Shown here piece after piece: positions 28,113 through 40,645 of a DNA stretch of 64,000 nt (position 1 is its first letter; each line of letters begins with the position of its first letter). Source of the DNA: Eledone cirrhosa (taxonomy: Eukaryota). A program made the translations under genes and the position numbers. The notes below the pieces were generated by a model, which saw nothing but the letters and a program-made list of their open reading frames with translations, made no database searches and had not been told where the DNA came from. Location: NCBI GenBank assembly GCA_964016885.1, contig OZ024747.1, positions 69,440,001 through 69,504,000 of the forward strand, in the 5' to 3' direction.

Positions 28113-28146
28113 CTTCTGATGAAAGACTAGCGTCCGAAACGTTAAG
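28113..28146 (+). ncRNA. Minimal hammerhead-like motif (PLE terminal-repeat remnant)
   Basis: CTT-CTGATGA-A-AGAC(tagc)GTCC-GAAA-CG-TT-AAG; one mismatch at the base of stem II. Confidence 0.6.
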
Positions 28147-28253
28147 ACCTTCTTCCTGCTATATCAAGCGTTAACCTAATATATTCCTTCCATATACTGT
28201 GCCGATTGTATGGTTATTTCTGTTTACCTTTAACACACACACACACACACATA

Positions 28254-28369
<116 letters not shown>

Positions 28370-28460
28370 AAGTGTCAGCAAAGAAAAGAACATTGGAGAA
28401 CTATAATACTATACAATGATGATGTATATAAGTTTAACGCTTAATATAGTAGGGAAAATG

Positions 28461-28496
28461 ACATAACGTTTCGGATGTGAGTCCTTCATCGGAAGT
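28461..28496 (-). ncRNA. Degenerate hammerhead-like motif, inverted relative to 28113-28146
   Basis: Minus strand: ACTT-CCGATGA-A-GGA(ctcaca)TCC-GAAA-CG-TT-ATGT; the core has a U-to-C change. Confidence 0.45.
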
Positions 28497-28683
28497 TCGA
28501 ATAAGAGAGAGGGAGAGAGATGAAGGAATAGGGAGTTAGAAGAGTGTAAAAAAAGAAGGGATGCGGGGGGGGGGGGAATAGACAGAATGACGACACGTGA
28601 TTTTGAAAGGTTGGTATTTCAGAACGAGTACAAGAGCATCCTCGATATTATTGACTATATATCTACTTATTACCCCTGTAATA

Positions 28684-28741
28684 TGCCTACATGTAATGTG
28701 CCTAATTTAATGTGCCTAAATGTAATGTGCCTACATGTAAT
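28684..28741. repeat. Imperfect 15-bp tandem repeat x4
   Basis: tgcctacatgtaatg variants. Confidence 0.8.
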
Positions 28742-29206
28742 AGGGTACAAGCTTGGGAGGGTTTATTTTGCGTACCATTTCTGCTTTTTAGTCACTTCAT
28801 GCTCGCTCTCAAAAGTCAAGCTGATGGTACGGTCCCATAGGCTTTGCCCTTTTCTACGCTTAAAATTTTAGTCGAGATAGCAGATGTCGCCTCTTTAATT
28901 TTATAAAAAAAATGCGTTCTTCCCCATTTGTTTGTGAATCAGTTGCCTCCTTATCCAATTCTGGATATGTTCTTCGAGCAAGAGGATACTATATTTTTAA
29001 ATACAATGTAATCGTTGGTTTATTTCTAACTTTACTTACACCATGTCTATACATTCAATATTGGAAGGTACGTTGGCGAACAACGTTTGTGTCTGTGTGT
29101 TAGTGTCAAAGTGTGTAAATTGCAGTTGACGTTATTGGTGTTATATGCGGAAATTATCATTTTTGGACATGAGACTCTAGCTATTATTATCTAACTCTTC
29201 AAGTTG

Positions 29207-29418
29207 CTGGATTGGCAGTATCGGTAGAGCGTTGGCCAACAGGTTTTGCAGCATACAGGTATGGATGTTTACTTTCTGAGTTCTAATCCCGCCAAGGTTA
29301 AATTCGCCTTTCATCCTTACAGGGTCGATAAAATAAAGTACTAGAAACACGCTGGTGTCATATTAATCGACTTTCCTTTCCCCAAACGTGTTGGCCTTGG
29401 GCCTAAATCAGAAACTAT
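29207..29418 (+). mobile_element. SINE family 1 (long 3' form)
   Basis: ggattggcagtatcggtagag...gcctttcatccttacagggtcgataaaataaagtac. Confidence 0.85.
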
Positions 29419-29535
29419 TATCCATGTCTTCGAATGTTTATTTCGATATAGTTTTTATTTTTGTCTTTCTCTAAACAGTCGTTTTGCAAAACCTTTTCAG
29501 TATTTTTAGCGAGTATCGCTATAGCTTGATTTGAT

Positions 29536-29591
29536 TCAGCGTATGTTGCACAATCAGCGTATGTTGCACAATCAGCGTATGTTGCACAATC
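29536..29591. repeat. Perfect 18-bp tandem repeat x3
   Basis: (TCAGCGTATGTTGCACAA)3. Confidence 0.95.
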
Positions 29592-29681
29592 TACTCTCTT
29601 CTTCATATCTCTCGGTGCACCTCGTATCAACTCTTTTTGTTTTCAGATTTAACGTAAACACCAATTATTGTCATGGTATCA

Positions 29682-29820
29682 TTGGTTTCTGATTTAGGCA
29701 CAAGGCCAAAAATTTGGGGAGAGGGGAAGCCGATTAAATCGACCCCAGTACATTACTGGTAATTTATTCTATCGACCCCGTAAGGATAAAGGCAAAGTGA
29801 ACCTCATCAAGATTTGAACG
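29682..29820 (-). mobile_element. SINE family 1, 3' half (long form)
   Basis: aggcacaaggcca...tatcgaccccgtaagga. Confidence 0.8.
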
Positions 29821-30608
29821 TATTTACTGCGGTATCATTAAGTCCAGTGTTAGCAACATAATCCCAAAAGAAAAACATTTCATCCAGTGACAATGGATAC
29901 AAATTTGATCTCATCGGGGGCGCCACCTTAAGTAACACCCGTAATCATAAAAACCAACACATCAATAACAATAATGAGGATAATCTTTAGTATTATTATT
30001 GCAATACATCTTTTGTCCGTTTTTCACACGAAAGTTGTTATCTCGAAATTCTTAAATTCGTATCTAGAATTCACGAAACATACAAAAAAGCGGTGGGACA
30101 TGTTGTAAATGATAATTCAAGGGAATAGTCAGCATTTGCTGCAAACAATTTATTTTATCTGTTTATATATGCATATACACACAGACACACACATACATAT
30201 ATATATACACACACACACATACATATAGCCAGCAATGAAAGATCAGTTTAACATACGTTTATCATATTACGCATTTTCATAGCATGTTTTTAACAGTCGG
30301 TACTTTAATACGTCTGATGAAGAAGTGTATCAAGAGTGAGACCATAGAATTGCAGAGTCTTACGGAGTGGATGACAGTTTTGAATTTGAGTGCTGATGAA
30401 GCGTGTGTGATGTAATAAGGATGTGTAAAATGCTCACCCCCCTCTCTCTCACTCGCCTGGATATTTTAATACTCTGAGATCCTACTTGATAACAGGTAGC
30501 AGTCTTTCCTCGTTCTTAAGTACAGAACAAACTAGTAATCATCTCTCGGATCGACTCTTCTTAATATATATATATATATATGAAATAATTATATATATGA
30601 AAATATAT

Positions 30609-30808
30609 ATGAAATAATTATATGTGTTGTTTATATATATATAAACAACACATATAATTATTTCATTACCAAAGGTTTCAAGAAACTAGATGATTCTTGA
30701 AAGCAACATCTAGTTCAATCCTCAGACAAAATAATTATGTTTTGGATATAAATATAGAAATTTATATTGAAACCTTCAGTAATGAAATAATTATATGCGT
30801 TGTTTATT
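30609..30808. repeat. 58-bp palindrome plus a third, inverted copy of the arm
   Basis: 30609-30666 is a perfect palindrome; about 30767-30808 is the near reverse complement of 30641-30681. Confidence 0.88.
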
Positions 30809-30955
30809 ATGTAATTAAATAGCTCTGTACAATACATTAGAGCACTTATTTTTCCTTTACCTTTTCTACGGAAATACTTAAAACACACATTATATATGAA
30901 AAGATTCAGGACCACGACGGCTGAGCTCCGGCCTTTTCGACAGATAGATCCTGGG

Positions 30956-31028
<73 letters not shown>

Positions 31029-31100
31029 TGATGGTAGCTAAGATGCTTCTATAGGCGGTATGTCGATTGAGCACTCTATGCTCTTACAGAGCAGAGTATG

Positions 31101-31340
31101 ATAGAATAGAAAACGAAAAATCAGTGATGCATCTGAACCCAATTTATTGTGTGTTTCGCCGGCGGACAGCTCGAAACGCGATCATTGTGTGGATCTGTCT
31201 GATTCTGGACCCGTAGGTTCGACGGACACGTCTAATGATTTCGGAGCATATTCTCCGAAATCATTAGACGTGTCCGTCGAATTTTAACTCACAATAAATT
31301 GAGTTCAGATGCATCACTGATTTTTCGTTTTCTATTCTAT
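31101..31340. repeat. Nested inverted repeat: 51-bp outer arms and an off-centre 29-bp inner hairpin
   Basis: 31101-31151 pairs with 31290-31340 (1 mismatch); 31218-31246 pairs with 31253-31281. Confidence 0.93.
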
Positions 31341-31341
31341 A

Positions 31342-31379
<38 letters not shown>

Positions 31380-31468
31380 ATGGAAAAATTTGAACAGGGA
31401 CAAAACAGAGAGGCAGTACAATAAATGTTTATTAATTTCACGCTCAGGAGAGTGGGGGTAGGTGGGGG

Positions 31469-31500
31469 ACGACGTTTCGGGCATAAGCCCTTCCTCAGGT
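31469..31500 (-). ncRNA. Minimal hammerhead motif (PLE terminal-repeat remnant, about 31380-31508)
   Basis: Minus strand: AC-CTGAGGA-A-GGGC(ttat)GCCC-GAAA-CG-TC-GT, with AATAAA downstream; stem I only 2 bp. Confidence 0.6.
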
Positions 31501-31778
31501 GAGAAGTGTGTATATATATATATATATATATATTTGTATATATATATATATATATTTGTATATATATATATATATATATATTTGTATATTTGTATATATA
31601 TATATATATTTGTATATTTGTATATATATATATATATTTGTATATATATATATATATATATATTTGTATATATATATATATATATATATTTGTATATATA
31701 TATATGTGTGTAAACCACACAGAGCTTAGTGAAGGATCCGATTATTACTTATTACGAATTTTGTCCAAGACATACTAC

Positions 31779-31839
<61 letters not shown>

Positions 31840-32504
31840 TCCTTTTATTGACCCAAAGGTAGGGAATTTTCTTTTATTTGCCAGAGGGGCATTGGATGAG
31901 GGAACAATGATTATATTAATAGTAATAATACTGTTAATATATATGTTGTCATAGCAGAGCAGAGAACCATGCATTAATTATATGATACAACTCAACTGAG
32001 AAATTCTTTTGCCAGATGTCAGTTTGGGCTAATACCAGCACAGGACTGGGAGAGAGGGGGGGGTAGAGGGGGCGAGAGAGAGGGAGAGAGAGAGAGAGAG
32101 AGACGGGGGAGAGAGAGACGGGGGAGAGGAGAACGCGTGCATGATAATGCCATTAGATATGCTTGTGGATATCTTGAATATACATTCACTAGTACATACA
32201 TATATGTATATATATATATGTAATATATATATATGTATATACATATATGTATATATATGTGTATATATATATATAAACATATATATATATATGTGTATAT
32301 ATATATATATATATATAAACATATATATATATATATGTGTATATATATATATATATACACACATACATATACATATAAATATATACATATAAATATACAC
32401 ATATACATATAAATATAAATATATATATACATACATATATATATATACATATATACATATATATACACATATACACACATATATATACACACACATATAT
32501 ATAT

Positions 32505-32728
32505 CTTCTTAGTCTTAGTTCCTCCAGTCCCTTGTGGAACATTGGGCTTCCCCCTCTTGACCCTGTCACTGGCGGCCCTTCTAGCACCTCTCCAGGTAAT
32601 TCCCATATCCCGCAGGTCCTCCCCGAATGTGCTCCGCCATGTTTTTCGTGGTCTCCCCGTCCTCTCCTGCCACATTCTGGTACCCAATCCATGGCAATCC
32701 TTCGTTTGCCGGCAGATCGACCTGCTCA
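32505..32728 (-). mobile_element. RTE-type LINE 3' end fragment in a microsatellite
   Basis: [22 protein letters not shown]...ASDR motif and a short (CTAAGA)-type tail. Confidence 0.75.
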
Positions 32729-32795
32729 TATATATACACACATATATATATATATACGTATATATACACATACATATATATATACGTATATATAC

Positions 32796-32921
<126 letters not shown>

Positions 32922-33051
32922 TTGTGTTTTATTCTTAGCACTAAGTACAAATCAAAAATTCTCTATAAAATTGCATATATACAGAAGTACAGGACATTGT
33001 TAGTATGTCAGTCACATGAAGCATGTCATCACACACACATACACACATTGA

Positions 33052-33114
<63 letters not shown>

Positions 33115-33273
33115 ATATATATGATATATATATGATATATATATATATATGTATGTATATATATATGATATATATATATATATATATGTATGTATATATA
33201 TATGATATATATATGATATATATATGATATATATATGATATATATATGATATATATAAGATATATATAAGATA

Positions 33274-33305
<32 letters not shown>

Positions 33306-33471
33306 CATATATATTGATTATATATACATATATACATATTGATATATATATTTATACATGTATATGCTTATATATATATATGTGTGTGTATATAAATATA
33401 TTATAGACATATATATATATGTATAAAAAGATATATATATATATATATATAAATATACACATGCATATACT

Positions 33472-33532
<61 letters not shown>

Positions 33533-33955
33533 ATATATATATATATATATAAATATACACATATTCAAACATAAATGTATTGATCACATTCACATTTTTA
33601 TAAATGAAATATTCCTAACTCTGTACATAAAGGTTCACAGAATTATTGAGATTATCATTTGCAAGTAAATACACAGAATATCATTTCTTCATCATACATG
33701 CATATGTAGCCACATGTGCGTATATGTTAGCTTACACACAGTCTATATACCTCCCATTGCAATGAGTTATGTGCACACATATATACATAGATACTTAATT
33801 GCATAGTGATTATGCGATTCAATTATGTATATGTATGATTAAACATACACATACATTTATATGTTTACAGATTTACCAACGCCTAAAACTAACTAAACTA
33901 AAAGTTATTTATATATGCGAAAACACAAACACACATATACATATAATCATGCATC

Positions 33956-34045
33956 TTTGCCTTTCATCCTTACGGGGTCGATAAAATAAAGTACCAGTAA
34001 TGCACTGAGTAATTGCTGGCCTTGTGCCTAAAGTAGAAACAATTA
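33956..34045 (+). mobile_element. SINE family 1, 5'-truncated young copy
   Basis: Near-identical to the 3' half of 21895-22072. Confidence 0.88.
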
Positions 34046-34067
34046 TTAATAAATATATATATATATA

Positions 34068-34115
<48 letters not shown>

Positions 34116-34334
34116 AAATCGCAAACACATATGCACATGTATATAAATATATATGTGTATCTGTGTACATATAAATGTGCATATGCACTTGTATAGAGAG
34201 ATGAAATTCAATATTTCGAGAGGAGAAAGTGAAAAAGAAAGAAAAAATTTGACTAGCATATTTATCTATTTATATAAGGTTTTTATATATGTATATACAA
34301 GTTTATACCTACATACACACAAATGTATGTGTAA

Positions 34335-34379
<45 letters not shown>

Positions 34380-35381
34380 CACACATACACACACACATAT
34401 ATATATAAATATACACACACACACACACACAGACATATATATATATATATACACACACACATACACATACACGCACATATATATATATATATATATAATA
34501 TATAGAGGGGAAAGACACAGAAGAGTGTGTGTATATATATATACACACTCATATATATAGATTATATATATATATAGTGTGTGTAAAAACAGAAATACTT
34601 ATACACACATGAAATATATAATTAGATTCTTTGTTTCTTGTTTTTTTTAAATATCGCACTGGTTTGTTAATGTTATTGTTATCGTGGTGATGGTGATGGT
34701 GATAAAAGTGATGGTGGTGGTTATGGTGATGATGATGACGGTAGTGGCGGTGATAGTAGTGGTGGTGGGGATGATGGTAGTGGTGGCGGTGGTGTCGGTA
34801 GAGATGATCCTGGTGGTGGCGCAATTGTTGATTTTACTCGATATCTCACTGTGCTTAATTAAGCTGATTAGTATGGTAACATCTTGTTATTTTATTTTAT
34901 CTTATATTATTGTTTGTTTTTGTTTTTTTGCTGTTGTTATTTCAACACATTATTTTTAAAGTTTGCTATTCTTTGACCCAAAACCTCGTTATCGTTTCAT
35001 TTTAAAGAAGAAAACGAAAAAAAAAGAAACTTTACGCCAAAAACGATATGTAAATAGATAAAACAGAAAGCAAGAGAGAGGAAAAGTGTGAAAAATGAAA
35101 AGATGAACATACACACTAAAGGAAACTAAGGAGAAGACCGGAACAGCAATAACAATAAGAATAAAAAAGATTAAGAAAAACCTCAGATGAACCCTCCTTG
35201 AAATAATGGCTTATTTTCTTTCTAAACTAAAACTGGAATTGATATCAACGGAGAAGTGTTGAAAATCAGAGGTGTGACAATTACTTTTCTCTCTGTATAT
35301 ATACGTACACAGACATACACATACACAAACACACATATGTGTGTGTATGTATGTATAAATATTTGTAAAAGTACATCTGTG

Positions 35382-35435
<54 letters not shown>

Positions 35436-35642
35436 TATAAAGTGTATGTGCGTGTATGTATATATATGTGTATATGTGTGTATATATGTATAGATGTGTA
35501 TATATGTATATACACATGTATATATATGTATATATATATACACATATATATATGTATATATATATGTATATATATATATACACATATATATATATGTATA
35601 TATATGTATATATATATATACACATATATATATATGTATATA

Positions 35643-35685
<43 letters not shown>

Positions 35686-35762
35686 ATGTGTGGTATATGT
35701 ATGTGTGGTATATGTATGTGTGCTATATGTATGTGTGGTATATGTATGTGTATATATGTATG

Positions 35763-35800
<38 letters not shown>

Positions 35801-36449
35801 CATATATACACATACATATACCACACATACATATATGCATGTGTATTCATGTATATTTGTATAGAAAGGCCCATACTCAAATTAATAATTGATGTTATTA
35901 TATGAGATTGTGATAAAGCTATAATGTTTTATTTGGCGAAACATTTACAGCCTTTTTGTGGTTGTTTAACTTAACTTTACCATAAGATACATTTTGCAGA
36001 ATAAAAACATCCACAACAATAATAATAACAATGATAATGATGATGTTGATGATGATAGCGATGATCATAATCAGGATAATGATAAGATGATGATAATGTT
36101 GCTTTTCTTATGTTTTTTCATAACGATATTCATAATGAAATACTAACAATAGTAGAGGATTTGGAGAAGGTAAGGTAAAATAAGCGTGAAAAGTCTAAGA
36201 TATAATAAAGATAACGATGAGAAAAAGGTGACAAAGTGAGGAGGATATAAAGTAGAAAGAGGAGGAGGATAGAAAAACAAGGGAAACAAAATAAATGCCA
36301 TTTTACAGATGATTTATGCCTGCTGTTATGCTAACAGTATTCTCTATCATATTTCTCTGAATGTCTACTCTCTGCCTTTTATTTGTTCTATGGATTCTTC
36401 TAATCCTTGTTTGTTAACAACCACTCACTTGCGTAACGCAAATTCTCTA

Positions 36450-36526
<77 letters not shown>

Positions 36527-36527
<1 letters not shown>

Positions 36528-37052
36528 GATGGCTGCATGCAAACTCTACTAAGAGTATTGCAATCGCTTGTCAGATTACAGAAAATGGTACACTTTTAGG
36601 TTACGGCCAGGCACACAGAGGTGTAATATATGCTGAACAAGCAATGCCTGTGCTTTGAAGGTTTTTTTAAGTGGGGAAAGGACTTGCACTCGACCAATCC
36701 CACTCTCTGAGCATCGAAAACACTACCCGCAAAGGAGAACTGATCCACATCATCCGATGCTTCCGAAGCCGCATGTTTTTTTCAGTTTCTCTCTCCTAGA
36801 AAGGTGTTTTGACAACAACTGGGGGCCTTTCAACCCAGGTGAAAAAAGAAAGTACTATTTGGATGGCCGTTGACTCTGCTGAGTTCCTCCACCCTTTGCT
36901 GGGTCTTGTATTTCATCCCGCAGGGTGTCCAAATATCACCCTCCTCACCAAGCAAGCTTGGTAGGGTGGCCGGTTTAGTCGCCGACGACCCTACCATGAG
37001 ACAGGTTGTAGTGGGTTACATGTTAACAGTAGCACTCAAGAGCGACCTGACA
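36527..37052 (-). mobile_element. Probable 5'UTR and endonuclease start of a LINE (RTE-like), bounded by (TA)n
   Basis: GC-richer island between TA runs; the minus strand ends in a CNTLSRVCMQ-like string resembling the first APE motif. Weak. Confidence 0.4.
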
Positions 37053-37139
37053 TTATATATATATATATATATATATATATCTTATTTTAGCTCTCAAAAA
37101 ATTCTCACAACCCAATGATGTAGCTACGATGAAGCGAGT

Positions 37140-37910
37140 AAAGGCCGCCTCTAAAAAACGTAGTCTTCAAGGGTCTGAGAATATTATCAGATTGTTGACT
37201 GGCGCGAATAAGACCACGAAAAACTGCGGTGGTTAGATTCAGTAAAAGCATTCATACCACATCTTACTTTGCTCGAGTTAACACGGGACGCGTTCAGGGT
37301 TTATGTAGAGATGCCTGTTCGAAAATATATACCAGTTTCCATCCACCACTTTGAGAACTGGCGACGTGCTTGTGATCTTTTCTGAGAGATGTGTGATTGA
37401 CGCACAAATGTTGAGTATCCTGAGATACCAAACAGGGCTCAGAAAGAACAAATCTTAATAATGTTACCAGCCTTACAAATAAGGAACAGGAACTAGTGGA
37501 GACGGCCAGATGCTACTGGCTAGGTATAGTCGGAGTTTCCTCAACAAAGTTCTGTGGCTCTGGTACTGGAGATTGCGATGGAGGATGGAAGCTCCATTAT
37601 TCAGTTGTTATGCCAGAAGTGATTGTACGGGCGGTGGTTTGGAACCCGACAAGTCCCAGACCGTCAGAATATTTATGGACTGGATTTGCCTCATAAAGCT
37701 TAGGCTGAAAGAAAGGCATTTGTGAGAGGTGCAATTTTATCCGCCAAACAGCTATTCCGAATATAGACACTTCCGTGAGGAAGTCACAGCAGCGTAAGAT
37801 GTAGTAACGACTGAGTCATATATCTTAATGGGAGACTTCAATGCACATGTTGGGATAGACCACATCATATAGGAAAGAGTGATAGGAAGGAACGGGACGT
37901 GCAGGCCCTT
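37140..37910 (+). mobile_element. Degenerate RTE (Expander-like) 5' region and AP endonuclease
   Basis: NVTSLTNKEQELVETARCYWLGIVGVSST...GWKLHYS and LMGDFNAHVG, with frameshifts. Confidence 0.78.
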
Positions 37911-37916
37911 TGTCTT

Positions 37917-37964
<48 letters not shown>

Positions 37965-39726
37965 CGTTTCTGAATTTGTTTAGCAAGATTCTTTATCTGA
38001 AAACGTGTGTTGAAAGCGATATTGTTATACTTTGGGAGGGTCATGTTGCCAATAAGAAACACACGCACCAGTTACTTTCATTTCAATTTATTATAATAAA
38101 TTTATAAATTTAGGAATTTATAAATTTCTGGTTGGTTGGTTGGTTCCACAACCAGATAGTTGTTTATATATTGTCAAAGTTCTTTCGTCACACATTCTGT
38201 GACCTCTTCAGTGACTGGGGATTCTTTTCTTTGTTTTTGTGCCTCTCCTTTGTTCTGTCCTACGCCATTTTGTTTCTGTGTGTGTGTTGTGTGTTCAGTC
38301 TGCGCATGCGCCACATCCAGGTGTCTGTGTGTGTTTATATTCGTTTATTTATTTGTTTACTTACATGTTACTGGTTGGTTGTTTGTTCTATTAATTGTAA
38401 GTTGTGATGTTGCTGTTCCACTCATATTTTCTATTTAATTTTGGTTGTAATTCTTTTATGTTTATTGCCTCTGTGATTTGTCTAAACATTGCGTCTTTTC
38501 TGTGTGTAGATTCTATTTTTATTTCTATGTTCTCTAATTTACCCTTATGTTCTATTTTAGCATGTTGGTAGAGTACAGATGATTCTTTACTATCTTGAAG
38601 GTCTCGCCAGTGTTCATTTATTCGTTCCCCTACACTACGAGCTGTCTCACCTATGTACACTATATTTTTGTCTCTACATTGTCCTTCAGTACATTGTCCT
38701 ATACACTACATTTCTAGTATTACAGTTAATATGGGGGCTTATTTTACAGGTTATACATTTCTTATCTATACAGGGTGGTCTTTGAAAAGGGTATGTCTTG
38801 CTAATAAGTGTTTTTACGGAGGTACCTGGTCTTTCTACTATCTTAATATTGAGTTTATGTTTATCTAGGGCCCTTCTAAATTTGTAAGCTAATTCACCTC
38901 TAGGGGTTGTATCGATGAACATTACACTCTGGTATTTATTGCTATCATACCATGAGTTTATTCTATTAGCCTTATTCCTAGTTCTTTCTATTCTATTCCA
39001 AAATGTGCTCCTATACAAGGGGCAGGTCCCATTTGTGTCATTATTTACCATTTTTTCCCATTTGGTTCTGGCTCCTCTATACACTCTGATTTTATCTCTC
39101 TGATTGTAACCAGAGAACTGCATACAGTGGATGAAGTGTTGTATGTGTCTCTCTAGTTCTTCGGGGTTGCACATGCGGGACACGTTTCTCATCACCCGTA
39201 CCAAATCCGCAATCAGTATGTTGATTTTGGTATGGTCTGAAACAGCTGAGTTTCGGCGGATCAGATGTTTGGAAGTCATGGGTTTGGCATAATGGGAATG
39301 GAGGATTTGTTTTTTGTTATTAATGGTATCTAACCAGAGCTCTGTGTCTAGTACAGGTAATCGATGGTTGGGGTGTTTACTTGGGTAGTCTATAGTAACT
39401 CTAATACTCTGGTGGATGGAGTTAGCTATTTGCTGGATGCTTTCCATTGTGTTTTCTCTAGTTCCTGACTGTTCTCTAGTGGGGGTGACTTAACTACGAT
39501 GTTTATATCGCCAACGTAGCGGGAGTACATTATCAGGGTTAAGGGGTCTTCTAATTGTTCTTTAAGTTTAAGTTTAAGTCTACTGTCCCACCATACCATG
39601 AATAAGTTAGCTATGTCGCCTGCAATGCTAACACCAATGGCTGCTCCTTCCTCTTGAGCATATGTTTTTCCATTAAATTTGAACATATGTTCCTTAAGGG
39701 TTAGTTTTATGCTGGCCCCTACCGCA

Positions 39727-39730
<4 letters not shown>
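37965..39730 (-). mobile_element. 5'-truncated Penelope-like element (RT C-terminal half + GIY-YIG endonuclease + terminal repeat region)
   Basis: ORFs 39426-39686 (FKFNGKTY...EGAAIG, SRYVGD), 38686-39447 (LPVLDT, C..C..C linker) and 38391-38660 (YIGETARS..ERINEH, RQITEA..I) joined by frameshifts; TA arrays at both ends. Confidence 0.9.
38173..38215 (-). ncRNA. Minimal type I hammerhead ribozyme in the Penelope terminal repeat
   Basis: Minus strand: GTCA-CTGAAGA-G-GTCACA(gaatg)TGTGAC-GAAA-GAAC-TT-TGAC; stems I and II pair; same strand as the PLE. Confidence 0.82.
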
Positions 39731-39779
<49 letters not shown>

Positions 39780-40005
39780 TGTGTGTGTGTGTGCATGTGT
39801 ATGCGTGTGTGAGTCCTACTCTACTATCTCAAGTATCAGGTACTCTGTTCAATAATGGTCTAATAGTTTAAAACTGGATCTATTCCGATATAAGTATATA
39901 TAAACCCGTAGAGCAAATATTTATTATTTGTACAGATTAAAAGATTAAGCAAAATATGTCTGCTTTCATCCTAAGCGGGATCATCTAAAACTCTCTCTCT
40001 CCCCC

Positions 40006-40067
<62 letters not shown>

Positions 40068-40539
40068 ATATTGATATATTTAAGAAGGAACTAGCAAGTC
40101 CCGTGGAAATTCCATGAATGAAAGTTAAAAACAATAATAAGAGGAGCTATTTAAGAGACGTTCGTCTATCTGTATATTATCTTCTCTCCTGTTGTCTTAG
40201 TCTACCTTGATCTAAAACTATATGTCTCTATTCTTCATTCATATCCTCATGTCTCTGTACACATACACACACACAATCCATTACAATTGAGTGTGTATGT
40301 GTATATGCATATGTATACATTTATGTTTGTGTATGTAAATATAAAAGCGCAAACACGCATACACTCACACAAAACACACATACACAAATAAAATACACAC
40401 TCACACAAGTGTAGCTAATCCTGGAACGCTCATCGCTATAGCGTTTCACCAGTTCCCTCCTTCCTCAATCGTTACATAGATGTGTGTGTATGTAATAATT
40501 GTTTTGTATAATGTGTCTATTTTTTTATATGTATGAGTA

Positions 40540-40645
<106 letters not shown>

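Noticed and set aside
29536-29591. 18-bp repeats (and the Helitron internal repeats) as a CRISPR-like array
   Set aside because: No unique spacers, no cas genes, eukaryotic context.
30313-30440. Two CTGATGA heptamers as hammerhead cores
   Set aside because: No matching stem II-GAAA-UH arrangement; too degenerate to call.
36880-37052. Twister or HDV-like ribozyme at the 5' end of the minus-strand LINE fragment
   Set aside because: Hairpins and a GGTCGCT/GGCGACT pairing exist, but I could not fit a complete catalytic core.
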